Under the pieces are notes generated by a model that was not told the origin of the DNA, did no database searches, and saw only the letters and a program-made list of their open reading frames with translations. A program made the position numbers and the translations under genes. DNA of 62,255 nucleotides from Proteromonas lacertae (taxonomy: Eukaryota): contig NGBS01000628.1 of NCBI GenBank assembly GCA_002245135.1, positions 1-62,255 of the forward strand, read 5' to 3'. Below are positions 49,542 through 62,255 of the stretch, in pieces (the first letter of the stretch is position 1; every line of letters begins with the position of its first letter).

Positions 49542-50042
49542 TTGATCAATTTCCTTACCTTTGAAAAATCTCTTGCTTTAGTTGCATACACACTTACCAT
49601 GACTAAGAGATCTCCAGTCCTTTTCAATATCAATGCTAATGGAGTCATCGATAAGCAGGTCGTAGACAGGTGCGTGAAGCTTACCAGGAGATGTCTTCTT
49701 AAATCCACTACTCTTTACAACCACTACAATAGAATGATGGGAAGCTTAATCAGAGAGCACCCTCAGCTAAACTTTTACGACTCAGATAATGATCTCGAGA
49801 ATTACCTCAGGCATGGAGAACTTATGGATGAACTATGGTCCTTGACTTACCTTATCATGAAAGATCATGATGACTTGCTAGCTGCTCAAGATAGAAGTCC
49901 CAATGGTTGTTTGCATGAAGCTGACATCGTTGACATTTATGGGAACTACTCAATCATCCGTACTAAGCTCTCTACACTCCGTGAGTACCGACTCCTACTC
50001 TATCCACACGATGAACTTCAACTCCTTACGATTGCTAGCTGA
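49542..50042 (+). CDS. Orphan protein in the TIR element
   Basis: 166 aa ORF, probable start MTKRSP; EHPQL resembles the HPYL motif of the paralogs. Confidence 0.4.
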   Translation: MINFLTFEKSLALVAYTLTMTKRSPVLFNINANGVIDKQVVDRCVKLTRRCLLKSTTLYNHYNRMMGSLIREHPQLNFYDSDNDLENYLRHGELMDELWSLTYLIMKDHDDLLAAQDRSPNGCLHEADIVDIYGNYSIIRTKLSTLREYRLLLYPHDELQLLTIAS

Positions 50043-51100
50043 TGGATGTAGATGACTTTATCGGCGTTATGATGATTCTATTCCGATAAGACTTATACGA
50101 TGGTCAGAAGCCTCCTTTGAAGTTCACCTACTCTCCTTAGACTTCCAAGGATCTACTAATCGTCTCTCTATTCCAGATGCTCCTTTACCTTCATGGACTT
50201 CTTGGACGTGACAGACATTACCTATGATATGCTTCGTCTTCACTCTCGGTTCTAGCAGTCTACGATCACTGCTCTGGTAAGTACCTTAATCATCTCTTGG
50301 CATCTCTTGACATCTCTTGAAGAGCTACTTGTGATCCTTACCGATGCCTATCTCTTGAGCTGATGGTAACCCTTTCAAGTGACAACTCCTTCTAGTTCTT
50401 GTTCATCGTAGTTGTTGATCCTCGGTAATGTCCTAGCCTTCAATCAGATCACTACTAGTCTCAGTAATGTTGTTGTTGAAGTCAGTGACTTTACCTATCT
50501 ATTGAGAAGCACCTTACGATCGATAGCTAATAGACTCTTGGACATCTATGCCGGTGTTGTTACTTGAGGAGTATACGATATCTCGGGTCTACTGACTTAC
50601 TTACTTACTTACTTGTGATGATTCCTAGCATCACAAGTAAGGACTACTCAGGTAAAGGATTATCGATCACACTTCCTATAGTCTGTATTGCAACTCTTTA
50701 TGTACCTACAACTACTTCACGATCTTCAGAGTCATTGATCCAAGGTTGCTATCTCGGGGTTGTTGATGTCCTTGCTATTATCGTCATCTCCGAGACTCCT
50801 TTAGTTTATTAAATTGATTACTTACCATGTCCTTGGGTTGATCATCTCCGTAAGGCTCCTTGAATTGATTATTTCTATTGTCCTCGACTATCCCAAGGTA
50901 ACATTTTGCTAAGTACCGACAGAGTTGTTAGAGTTGAAGATGTGTCTATTGCTGAGGTTATTGATGATTACTTTGCTGAGCGAGGAGTAGTAGTACGTCT
51001 TCTCCTTGATAATAACCTATTCTGTTCTCGGCAGTCCCGACATGACGATGAGTAATAACCTTCCTTAGGCATTTGAAATTCCTCCAAGGGCTTATCATGC

Positions 51101-51355
51101 TTACAAGTACGGCATACTACTTCCTTTTACGGTAGCTTCTCCATTCTCTTTAAGTTGTTTCCATTGAACGGACTGCTTCCTATAATATCGCTCCATTGCC
51201 TGGTTGTTCTTGGCCCGGCATGATGGACATTGCTTATAACATCCTTTACCTCTATCCTTTGGGGTTGGGATCATAGGCTTCTTATACTTACTACAAATGG
51301 CTTCGGTATCATCCATTGAATAACTACTTCCTTGTCGGCGTTGAAGCTTATCCAA
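51101..51355 (-). pseudogene. Degenerate C4 zinc-ribbon protein fragment
   Basis: ICSKYKK...CYKQCPSCR followed by a basic helix; the second Cys is replaced by Tyr. Confidence 0.35.
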
Positions 51356-51389
51356 CTTCCCTGTGTTAGTCGATCAGAGCTATCTTGGT

Positions 51390-52770
51390 TGCTCCCGTCC
51401 TTGTCATCATGGTGATCTCCTCGGTGAGCTCCTGGACAATGTAATTAAACTTTACCTAGATGAGTTATAAAGACAATGAAGCATACCTAAGCAATGATCC
51501 CGTGGATGTTCCTTGGCTTTGTAATGAAGTCTCTTGATAGAAGTTCCATGGGAGGTTCCTCCTTGAGCTATAACTCAAGGAGGAACATCCCTTCCTTGCT
51601 AGGATAGATGATAGTTGAATGTTACCTAGTTGATTAACAAGGACGATAAGACTTACCTTTATAAGGCTCCCGAGATTGATAACAATGATCTTCAAGGACC
51701 CTTGAGAAATTGAAGCCTACTGAAGTGATAACTAAGTTGTTGATTGTTTAAAGAGGTTCTGATAATGGTCCTTTAACTGAATGAAGATCTCCTGGTCTTG
51801 TTATTGTTCAAAGTGTAGTACCTCCCCTGATACAATCACCATTCATGACTACGTCCGAGAGAACTCCTCCTTACGGCTATGCCTTCAGGAGGACTTCTCC
51901 CGTCCTTGTCATCATGGTGATCTCCTCGGTGAGCTCCTGAACAATGTAATTAAACTTTACCTAGATGAGTTATAAAGACAATGAAGCATACCTTCAGAAG
52001 CATCCTGAGATTGCTCTTATCTATTCTCAAGTATCCTTGTAAGTATTAATGATAAACTGCTAAGCTTAAATCATTTTCATTAGTTTACCTAGTTGAATTA
52101 TAAAGCCATTGTAACTTACCTCTAGGAAGCTCCCGAGAATGCTTACGATGATCTTCAAGGCCTTGAGAAAATCCAGTACTAACCAGAACTTCCAGTTGTA
52201 AAGTCACTGATTAATAGAAGTACCATTAAGGCACCTTCCCAGATACGTCCAGCCGTGCATGACTACGTCAGGAATCTCCCATGTTGGGAGATTCCTTCCT
52301 TGCCAACACGGCTGTTCTTCTCGGGAAGGTCGTGGATGAACTTATCTAGGAGAGTTATAAGGATGATAAACTTACCCTTTAGAAACAAACTGAGATTGCT
52401 CTTATTGATTCTCAAGTAGCCTTGTAAGTATTAATGATAAACTGCTAAGCTTAAATCATTTTCATTAGCTTACCTAGTTGAATTATAAGGCCATTGTAAC
52501 TTACCTCTAGAAAGCTCCCGAGATTTCTTATCATTATCTTCAAGGCCCATCCAGAAGTACCATCAAGGCACCTTCCCAGATACGTCCAGCCGTGCATGAC
52601 TGCGTCAGGGAATCTCCCACGATGGGAGATTCCCTTCCTTACCAACACGGCTGTTCTTCTCGGGAAGGTCTTGGATGAACTTATCTAGGAGAGTTATAAG
52701 GATGATAAAACATACCTTCAGAAGCCTTCCGAGATTGCTAATCATTATCTTCAAGGGCCTTGAGAAATCC
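51390..52770. repeat. Degenerate subterminal tandem repeat array
   Basis: 51393-51487 is repeated at 51897-51992; 52230-52376 at 52567-52712; 52020-52140 at 52390-52522. Confidence 0.85.
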
Positions 52771-54247
52771 ACAACTAGCTAGAACCTCCCGGAGTTACCA
52801 TTTGGTAACTTGTTAACAATTGTTAACTAGTTAACAATTGGTAACAAGTTAACAATTGTAAACTCCCGGTTCCACGATTGGTTTCCACGGTTCAATTAAA
52901 AGCCCTTACAAGATCACCAGCGTAGCAAGGAGAGTCAAGAGCGTGATTAGATTCATCACCTCGAGGTAACCAACACTTCTAGATAGCTTCCAGGAGTACC
53001 CGTAGGAGATCGTCTCATAGATAGGTATAGAAATAGCTTTCAAGAGTCCCCGTAGGGAAGTAGACTCTGTTGAGAAGTAGACCCCGTTAGGAGGAATCCC
53101 GTAGGAACCTTACGTAAATGGGACTATGGTACAATATGCCAGAGTCCCATTTATATACTATATACTTCTTTTATAAACTAGTAAGACATATCATTTCCAT
53201 AATACTTTTAAAAATCATATAACTAGTGTATGCACTCTTTATCAAACTCATTATTGTAACCTAGAATTATATTCTGCTTATAACGATGTTTAAAATGACT
53301 CATCACAAAAAATCAAGTGTAATAAGTATAAAAACCATTTACAACATTTGATAAACAAGTACTGTAAGGATGATTGTTATATTAAATCTAAAATCAGGTA
53401 ATAAATATATTAATATGATTACATGAGTATATAATATATAATATAATAATAATATATAAGAATAATATATAAATAATATATAATAATAATATATAAATAA
53501 TATATATAGCACTTACATTTTCAAAATTAAATTCAAATATCAAAGGAAACGGATATATTTTTAAATGACTGTATAGGATGACTTTAGAATAGAATTAACT
53601 TAAATTTATAATCAACTAATAATGGTTCTTATCCAATATGAGTAAATGAAATATGCAGTAGTCTCATATTTAAGTAATTAGTAAATAGAAGCAGTTAACT
53701 AAAATAAGCTATATAAAATAAATAATTATAAATTGTTTAATAAACATTTCATTTATAAATTATAAAATATATGAACATTAGCTATTTAGGTAGATTTAAT
53801 TGTATTTTAGTTTCTATGTATATCAAATGGTAAATTGTTCATTATTAATTCTAATATTTATAGTAAAGTAATTTAAAAAACACTATATAATAAGAAAAAT
53901 CAAGAAAAACATTTCAAAAGTTTGATAGAAAACTCGAGACAGAAATGACGTCAGAAGGGGTCAAATTCTTAAATCCTGAATAACTGATAATTTTCATTTT
54001 GAGTGTATATATATAAAATAATATTATATTCATAATCTACATGAATTTTGTAGTCTATTTAGATAGGTTTCATGTCATATTAAGACATTTTTTCGTTGCC
54101 TAAAAAAGTTGTTTATATGGGTCTAAACCTATATATTCTAAAATAACTAACTCCGAACATCATGAATATCATATTAGTTTTGATTGAATCATTCTGCAAT
54201 ATAGATTTCCGCCATACGGGGATTTCCGCCATACGGGGAACAACACC

Positions 54248-54873
54248 TGTCGCGCGCGATAAAGAAATTTGCGCGATAAAGGAAGTAATTGTTTATATTT
54301 AGATCTAATATAATATTATTGTTAATGTCATTACGCTATGCATGAATATATAATCATTTTGTCTTATAACAGTCATATACAATAGTTATGTTCAATTATT
54401 CATAAATATTCACTTTATATCCATCTTAATTATTTCTATCATTTAACATTATTTTTATTGCATATATCACAGGAAGAAATTGAAATAAACAGTTCTTTGA
54501 TGAAAAGATTAAACAAAATCGATGTTACGATGGTTTGAAATAAAAAATAAAATATTGGCTTGAAGAAGGCTTGAATGTATTTTCTTTTTTCTTTAATATT
54601 TTTTTAAAGGGTGCTATATATATATCAATATGATAATAAGACATATATGCTAATATATTCTAGCGATTTAAATAAAAAAATAATTACAAAGATTAATAAT
54701 AGATGATATAAATCTTATTGAAAACTTGATAACAATTTCAACATATGTAATTTATTAGACAAAATAATGTTATATTTATATTTACTCGGCCTTCCAAATA
54801 AGTATTAACATATTCACTTTAATGGAAACTTATTACTTCCTTTACCGCGCAAATTTCTTTATCGCGCGCGACA
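54248..54873. mobile_element. MITE with TGT...ACA TIRs (~42 bp) and 5-bp TSD ACACC
   Basis: TGTCGCGCGCGATAAAGAAATTTGCGCG...CGCGCAAATTTCTTTATCGCGCGCGACA; ACACC at 54243-54247 and 54874-54878. Confidence 0.9.
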
Positions 54874-55883
54874 ACACCAATTACCATCAACACAAATACT
54901 AAGTCTCAATCTACTCCCAAATAACCATTTTTATTAAACATTTACTCATTTATTTTAAATGAGCTATAAAATAGAAATTCAAGTTAAAGGTATTTGACTG
55001 TATCTTATATTTCTATATCATTCTCTAATAAAGTATAGATCATACAAAAAATCAAACTAAATAACATCAGAAGGGGTATAATTCTTAAATCCTTAAATAT
55101 AAACATTATGTATTTAGTTTGTTTCTAAAGTCTCTAGTCGGTTATCGGGAGTTGCACTAAGTGGACAACAACACGGATAGGTGGTTATGACTCCGAGTTG
55201 TTGTGTGCCGTTTGTCATAGTTGGCCGTTTGTCTACCAGACACTTTTAAAACAAACTAAATGTATATTCTTACTTGTCTTGATGAAAAATTGTTACTTTT
55301 ATACTTACTTTGTTATATGACCTACCTCTGTAGTATACTTTTTTGTTAATATAAATAGTTTGAATATTTGCGCCGTTTGTTTTCTAGAAATTTTTGAAGC
55401 AAACTAAATGCATATTTAACTATTATAGACTAAAATGTATTAGCTGAAATGATTAAAACAACTTAATATTGATCATATGGCATTTAAAATGAAAAAAGAA
55501 AATATAGAATCAAGCCTCATTCAAGCCTATTTTTTACATTTCTTTTTTTATATAGAAAGATTTAATAATTATTATATTTAATATATAAGTCAGTTTTACT
55601 TTTTAAAATGCACAGTTGAATAATTCACAGTTGGTTTAAATCCTACTTGGAAAATCTACTCCTACTCCTTCCAATTCTACAGGCTTTGGGCAAGTGTTTG
55701 TATTATCATTTCAGACTGTAATCAGGTTATAAAAAGCAAAAATAGTAATATAGTTAACCCCTTTCGCATCTAAAGAAGTCCTTTCTGCAACTCAGTTATA
55801 GACAAACAGCCAAATCTGACAATGAATCAGAACAAGTGCATTTAGAAACACTTAGAAAAACAAATAAATTAATGTATATTATT

Positions 55884-58800
55884 TTAACTATCTTCATAAC
55901 TTCCATATCCTCTCAATATTATATCAACACTCTCAGCTTCTTCTACTGTAAATCTAAAACGACTCTCATAAAAAACATTCTTCTTAGGATGAAAATCAAC
56001 ATTTAATATAAAAGGCATTTTCTCTGGCCATTCTATTTCATTCGGTTGATATCCTTCTTGACTTTCTATCGAATAACAAGGTCCTTTAATTACACCTTCT
56101 GTAGAACTAAAATGAAATACACTTGCATCATCAACAATGTTGTTTTTATTATCCTTATTCTCTTCATTAGATTGATGAGATAATGACCATTTTACATCAA
56201 CTTCACTTGGATTCATTAGAATTAACCTGGTAGTTTTCATTTCACTTGTATTTACTACATTATAATTATATTCCACTGGTTTAATCACTAACATTGGATG
56301 TAATTCTTCACATTCAATTGGAATATCTTGAATACTTCCATTATTATAAGTTACTCTTAATTTTCCATTAATTATATTGGATAAGATAGGAATAGAGGAT
56401 TTTGCTGTATGAACTAAAGTTTTAAAAGTTTCGTTTCTGAATTTCTTTGATGCATTATATTTAATTCCACATTCTAAATTGCTCTTTATATCTAACTTAT
56501 ACACCAATTTCTTATCATTAAAATATTCATTACTTTTAATCGAAGGATGATCAGCAATACTTTTGTTACTTACTTCTACAATATCAAATGGTCTGGTTGT
56601 TTCTAAACTAAAAGTAATTTCATTACTTGTATTATTTGTTAAACATAAATATTTAGTAAAAGATGGATGGCTTGATGGATTAATTGACCATATTTTTATA
56701 TTCAATTTTGTCTTATCAATTGATAGTTTTGGATATAAGACATTTGCTCTAATGCCAAACGACAAACAATTTTCTAATTTTGGTCTTCTCACAGATGATG
56801 TTAAACTATTATTATTACTATTATTAATAATCCATTCTCCATCGATTAATACTAAACAATCGTATTTACTCTCTTCTTCACTACCTGGAAATGTTATTAC
56901 AAACTCTCTTGTACAATGTGAAGGTATTAATTGTTTATTTGGACTTATAACAAATGGAGATTCTACAAATCTCTTATCATTTCGATCATATGATAATTTA
57001 TAGTATATATCAGGCTCATTTCTATTCATATTAGGTAAACAATGAATATTGAAGTAATATTCTTGTTCTGCTAATAGATTTCTTTGCCTAAAACTTACCA
57101 TTATATCATATGGTCCAAGATTTCTAATTTTAATTGGTTTATTATATTTTCCACTATTTACTATCTGATTTGGTATATTTAATATATACGGATTAACATT
57201 ATAATCTAAACCAACACAATCTTTCACTATTTCTAATGGACATCCTACAACTTTAGCTTTTACATTCAATAATACATTTTCATTAATACCATCTATTTCA
57301 CATACTAATTCATCTTTATAACTACCAGGTATATCTGCATAACAATCTAATTGGATTACTATCTGTTCCCAAGGATTTAATACTCCTTCACTTGGTGTAT
57401 TAATTAGTACCAATCCTTGTCCACTACTTAACATTTTGTCAATGTGTTTCTCAACCTTTTGAGTGGTTAAATATTCAATTCCTTTCTTTGATATGAAACG
57501 GTTAGTTTTTTCATGTTTATTATCCAATATTTTTCTTTTCTTTGTATTTGTATTTGTATTTGTATTTGTATTTGTATTTGTATTTGTATTTGCATTTGTA
57601 TTAGTGTGTATAAATGTATTCTGTAATTCTAAAGAATCTTCACTCATTGATGGCATTAAATTATCCAATGGAACAATTTCATTTGTTTTTGATAATTTAT
57701 TATTTTTATTACTATTCAATATTGAAGTGGATTTATTCAATACAAGTGATTGAACTACACCAACTCTAGAATTATTACTTTTAAAACTGGTCTTTTGATG
57801 ATTGGATGGATCAGATACACATATTGTTGATTGTACTCCATCTTCACGTATTAATCCAGTAATATTATCAATATTATCAGTATTAGGCTTTAAATATAAT
57901 CCATCTTGACTAAATGTAGTAAAATATAATCGATAATTCGTCTTAATTCCACTGTAATTACCTATTATTAAATATTTAGTATATTGTTTATTCAGTTCTA
58001 AATTATCACCAAAATCTATTTCAGGTAATTCTGATGGTAAAACATCATTGGGTTTCAACAATTCCAAGTTACTATTTGATGGAAGATTATCACTTATTGT
58101 ATAACCAACCATTAAATCTCTAACTGTTGCTTTAGTTTCAAATCCTAGTGGATAAAGTATTCCACCAACATCACATGAAAATAGATTCTCTATATAACCA
58201 TCTTTCTTTGCAGTATAAGTGAGTTTAACTTCCAAATTTTGTTTTTCTGTTAAAGTGCCTTTTGAGGGAGTTAATTCATATTTAAATTCATCATTTTCAC
58301 TGTCTGTATTATTGTCAGGAAAAGATTCACAATGGAAATCGTAGGTAGTATCTAAATTAGAACAGTTCTTTAGATGTAATATTCTTGTTACTGGAACACC
58401 AACATAAATAGTTCCAAAATCAACTACTAATTCTTTCAAATATACTTCTGGAGCTTGAATTTCTGCTCGTAATGGTAAATATTGAACTGTTTTCATATCA
58501 TTGTAATATATTTTCAAACTATTTCTCATTCTTTCAGGTAATTTTCCTGCTAAACATTTACAATCGATTAATATCTTTTCTTTTGGTTTAAATGTATAAT
58601 GTTTTGGATATGAATCTATTGTTGCTTTATTTGGATCAGTTTCTTTATCTTCAATTAAATTATTATCATTCTCTTTAAACATTCCATTTAGTTTATACGC
58701 TGAGAAATATACTTCTATTGGTACATTCGTTATATTGCTAATTGGTATTTTAAATGTATTTGAATGATCTACTCCTAACAAGCCAAAGTCAAGCTCTGGT

Positions 58801-61712
58801 ATGTCAAAATGTAATTTTGGTAAAATAACTTCACACTTTATTCTTAATCTATATTCTTTTTGTTTTATATTAGCTATTCTGATTGGATAAGTAATATCTA
58901 ATTTACCATAATCTCGATCTTTTGGTTTTAAGATTACTTCTATTGTTACAGGATGTTCTGGTTCAATTACATTGGTTGGAACTTTCAATTCAATAATTGA
59001 CCAATCATTTAATGTATTTTCAGATGCAGGCTCGACATAAGGCTTGTCAATTTCAAATGTTGTTGGAGCACTACTGTTATTAGTGAGTGTAAAATTATTT
59101 GTATAAATATTATTAGGATATATACAACCATGAAATTCAATAATACTTTTATCTATTGTTACATCCAATAATAACGGTATTCCTCTCAATTCTATGTTAA
59201 TACATCTACAGATAACTAATTCTATTCTATTACTCTCATTCTTCTGTGATTTTACCAACATAGAAGTTCGAGTTACTGGTGCATTATTCGGTAATACAGT
59301 TTCAACGTATTTTTCACCACATGGAAATATTGTATCTGTTGGAGAACTTTCTTTTGGAATATTCTTAATGAAGAGTGATAAAGTAGCATGTAATTGTTTC
59401 AATTCTTTAGGATGATAGGTAATTAATGTTTCTAGTGTTTCATTTGCCTTTAATACTCCTTCTACTTGATCTAAATCAATATCATCACATTCAATGAAGT
59501 TATTATTATCATCAAGTAAATACCACTGATATTGTAAATCAATATATGTATTACTTTGTATTGTCACTTTGTGAGTTTCTTTATCTCCAATCATACAGTC
59601 AGTAAATGCAACATAATCTGTTTTTAGATTCTTTACAATTTGCCATTCTTTATCTAAATCTACATCTTCATCATCATCATCATTATCTTCACGATATTCA
59701 CTATTATTATTATTTGATTTTCTAGTAATTGATTCATTTGTAGGAATATCATCAATAGCATCCCATGTTAATTGCACTGGTTGACATAACCCTACTAAGG
59801 TATATTCATATACTAAACAATGATCACAACATATGTAAAATTTACCTTCATGACGACCTATCTCTAATGGACAAAATCTAATTTCACAAACTACATCTTT
59901 GTTATGTTCAATAGTGAATTCAGTTGGTTTTATAGTAAATGCATCGAATTTCAATATTCCTTCCTTTGTTCTTCTTTCTAAATAATTCTCTGTGTCTAAT
60001 AACATCCAAAAATGACCTTCTCCTCCTTTGTTGATTATTGGTTGTTTTAAAATGATTTTATCTCCCATTAGACATGCACCAACATCTATTGTGGATGGTA
60101 AAGTAAGAATTGGTGGATCTCTTCTGGCTTGAAGTGGAATTAAAAATTGATTTGAATCAGAAATGACAATTATACCCTAGATAAAATAAAATAATATATA
60201 TAAATATAAATATATATACATCATCATAATCTCTTGCTTCATCAGGCATAAATCTAATATATACTTTACAACTCATCCCTGCAGCAATATCACCATTACC
60301 AGCATAACCCTTTGGGTATTGAATATCTATTATTGTAAAAAATTCAGTTTTAGGTGGTAGAATCTGAATTCTTTTTGTAATTGAACTTCCATTATAGACG
60401 AAAACCTCTTGCTGATATTGTAATCCTTTTAGATAATCACGATATAACACAACTTCAGGTTTAGCATAAAAGCCTGTCTCATTACGCTGAAATAACAAGG
60501 TTGAGGCTTGAGTGTGGTTTGACCTCCTAAACCATTAACAGCTGTTTCTTGTTCATAAGTCATTAATGTCTCTCTTAAATGAGAATTTGCTTGCTTAGTA
60601 TTTCTATATCTTGGATTCTTTAAGAAATTGTTTTTGGCATTCATTCTCGTAGTGTCTTCATAGTAGCATCTAATTCATCTCCTGTTAATACATCCTTAGC
60701 AGGTAATAATATCTTAGCACGATGTGTTTTACTATCTGTTTTGTTGTTGTTGATTGATATTCTTTGATAATGATTCCATCTTCTTTAATGCTTCTTTTTC
60801 TCTCTTTGCCTTTGTTCTATTAAGTATTCCTGTTCTAGAAATAACATGATTATCAATTACTTGAGTACTCTTCAAATAATGTGGTGGAATTTTGGCTGTT
60901 CCAAAAATTACTTTCATATTATCAGGTAACTCAACATTTCCTGTTAAATATAATGTCTTTTCATTGTAATTATCAATTAAATCAGTACCAATAACTACAT
61001 GGTCTCTTTACACCTGGTGAACCTTTAATTTCATTTAATTTTGTCAATTTCTCATTCTCTTCGCAAAAGGAATATCAGTTTTAAGTAATAATCCCCTTTC
61101 CTTTAAATATTTTTTCACATTCATTGTATGTTCATTGGGCTTCTTGATTTCTCTTTTCTAATTCTTGCATCAATTGTATCTAATTGATCTACTCTACCAG
61201 AAAATGACTCTTGAATCTAAAATATTATAATTTATTTATTATATTATACATTATTAAGTATAGAATTCTGTATTTCTATATTTTCTTGTGATAATTCTAA
61301 TTTCTTTTCTTCTAATTCTGGCTGTGGTTTCTCTTCTTTCAACAGGTTGGTCAATTGGTTCTTCTTCTATTACTAGTGATGGTTCTGGTTCTTTACTTTG
61401 CTCTTCTTTCTTCTTTGAACTTACTTTGCCTATTTCTCTTTGATGCTATTTTATTATATTATAAATAGGAATATACACTTTGGACTTTTGGGTTCTTTAC
61501 TACCTTTTTGAAGATTTTTGAAACACTTGAAGATCTAGAAGATTTCTTAGGAGTTTTATGGTTCTTCAGGTGGCTGATCAGTTGGCATCATCTGTAGTCT
61601 GAGTTTCTTGTTGAGGAGGAGGTTGTGGAGGTTCTTTGGGGAATTCTTCTGGAAATAAGTCTTTAAATGTAGCTCTAAATACATGAGCTACAGATCCTAC
61701 TCTTCCTTCCAT
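55884..61712 (-). CDS. DLEC1: DLEC1/CFAP81-like central-apparatus protein, multi-exon
   Basis: N-terminal VAHVFRATFKDLF, NFLKNPRY, FYAKPEVV.Y.DY, ASH-like repeats, C-terminal LRGYGSYED; short introns such as 60177-60219; 1394 aa final ORF; the 5' part has apparent indels. Confidence 0.8.
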
Positions 61713-61825
61713 TATTTAATCAATATATGAAAAAACTAATGAAAAATAAAAGAATTAAAAATCAAAACGGTTAAAGTTGGTTTGATAAAAGTTTGATTCT
61801 GTTTTAGATTAGGATTAAATTCTGT

Positions 61826-62255
61826 ATGTCTGGAGCAGTTAAAAGGAAATCTGAAGGTACATCTTCTTATTTGAAGAAACCATTAAGCAATGGGAAAGTA
61901 TTGTGTAAATTATGTGGAATAGCAATTAATAATGAAGCTCTATGGAAAGTCATGTTAGAAGTGTTGATCACTTGAATGTATATAATTTAATTGATTTATA
62001 GAATGTATTAGGCAATAAGTAATTTGAAAGATAGTTTAAATAAAAAACCTAAGATCGATAGTTCATCTTCAAATAAAGACATACAGGCTGATAATACTGA
62101 TAATAGAATATTTAATGATTATACAATGTCTAGGGGCAGTATTACAAATGAGACTGAAAGATGGGAAGAAAGAGTTCAGAAAAACTCTGATCTATACAAA
62201 CATGCAGAAAAGAAGGGAACTACCAAATTACCTGCAGGATTCTTTGATGATAGAA
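61826..62255 (+). CDS. ZNF830: ZNF830/CCDC16-like zinc-finger protein, 5' part
   Basis: LCKLCGIAINNEALW..H..S..H (one apparent missing A), a 24-nt GTATAT...ATAG intron, and KLPAGFFDD. Confidence 0.65.

Larger units (their letters stand above)
44401..53164. mobile_element. 8.8-kb TIR element of unknown class with hairpin-containing ~118-bp TIRs and orphan genes
   Basis: 44401-44518 is an inverted match to 53046-53164; the interior is visibly GC-richer than the flanks; no transposase recognised. Confidence 0.85.

Noticed and set aside
51390..52770. CRISPR-like array
   Set aside because: Repeats are long and degenerate, the intervening parts are themselves repeated, there are no cas genes, and the context is eukaryotic.
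53165..53400. Continuation of the hAT transposase after the TIR element
   Set aside because: Joining across the element gives an immediate stop and no hAT catalytic motif, so a clean insertion into that gene is unsupported.
57541..57600. (TTTGTA)n as a telomeric or functional repeat
   Set aside because: In-frame microsatellite encoding an NT run in DLEC1; likewise (CTA)n at ~3652 and (TA)n(TTA)n at ~37682 are simple repeats.
56563..59415. Plus-strand ORFs overlapping DLEC1, and other short antisense ORFs over the ABC, FkbM and protease genes
   Set aside because: Antisense shadows of real coding regions with no motifs.

Overview
Very AT-rich eukaryotic DNA from a flagellated protist. Evidence: DLEC1 and HYDIN axonemal sequences, and 24-43 nt GT-AG introns; the species cannot be named from sequence alone. 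About the first 55 kb is a nested mobile-element graveyard. It holds at least four endogenised Polinton/Maverick (adintovirus-like) copies or fragments, with capsid-like genes, a core protein, an adenain protease fused to a long membrane polyprotein, integrase and pPolB. It also holds an 8.8 kb TIR element with hairpin ends and orphan, micro-intron-containing genes, plus two more ends of that family. Other elements are two mini-hATs with 8-bp TSDs and TGT...ACA (Ginger2/TDD-like) elements with 5-bp TSDs, one carrying a HYDIN fragment. An intronless glycosyltransferase/methyltransferase island lies among them. Ordinary host genes (DLEC1 and ZNF830-like, head-to-head) resume at about 55.9 kb. 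The top candidate novelties are a tandem pair of putative Pol III small RNAs inside a Polinton, arranged like adenovirus VA RNAI/II, and the hairpin-ended orphan-gene element. All family calls are from motif recognition by eye, with no database search. Some frameshifts may be assembly indel errors.
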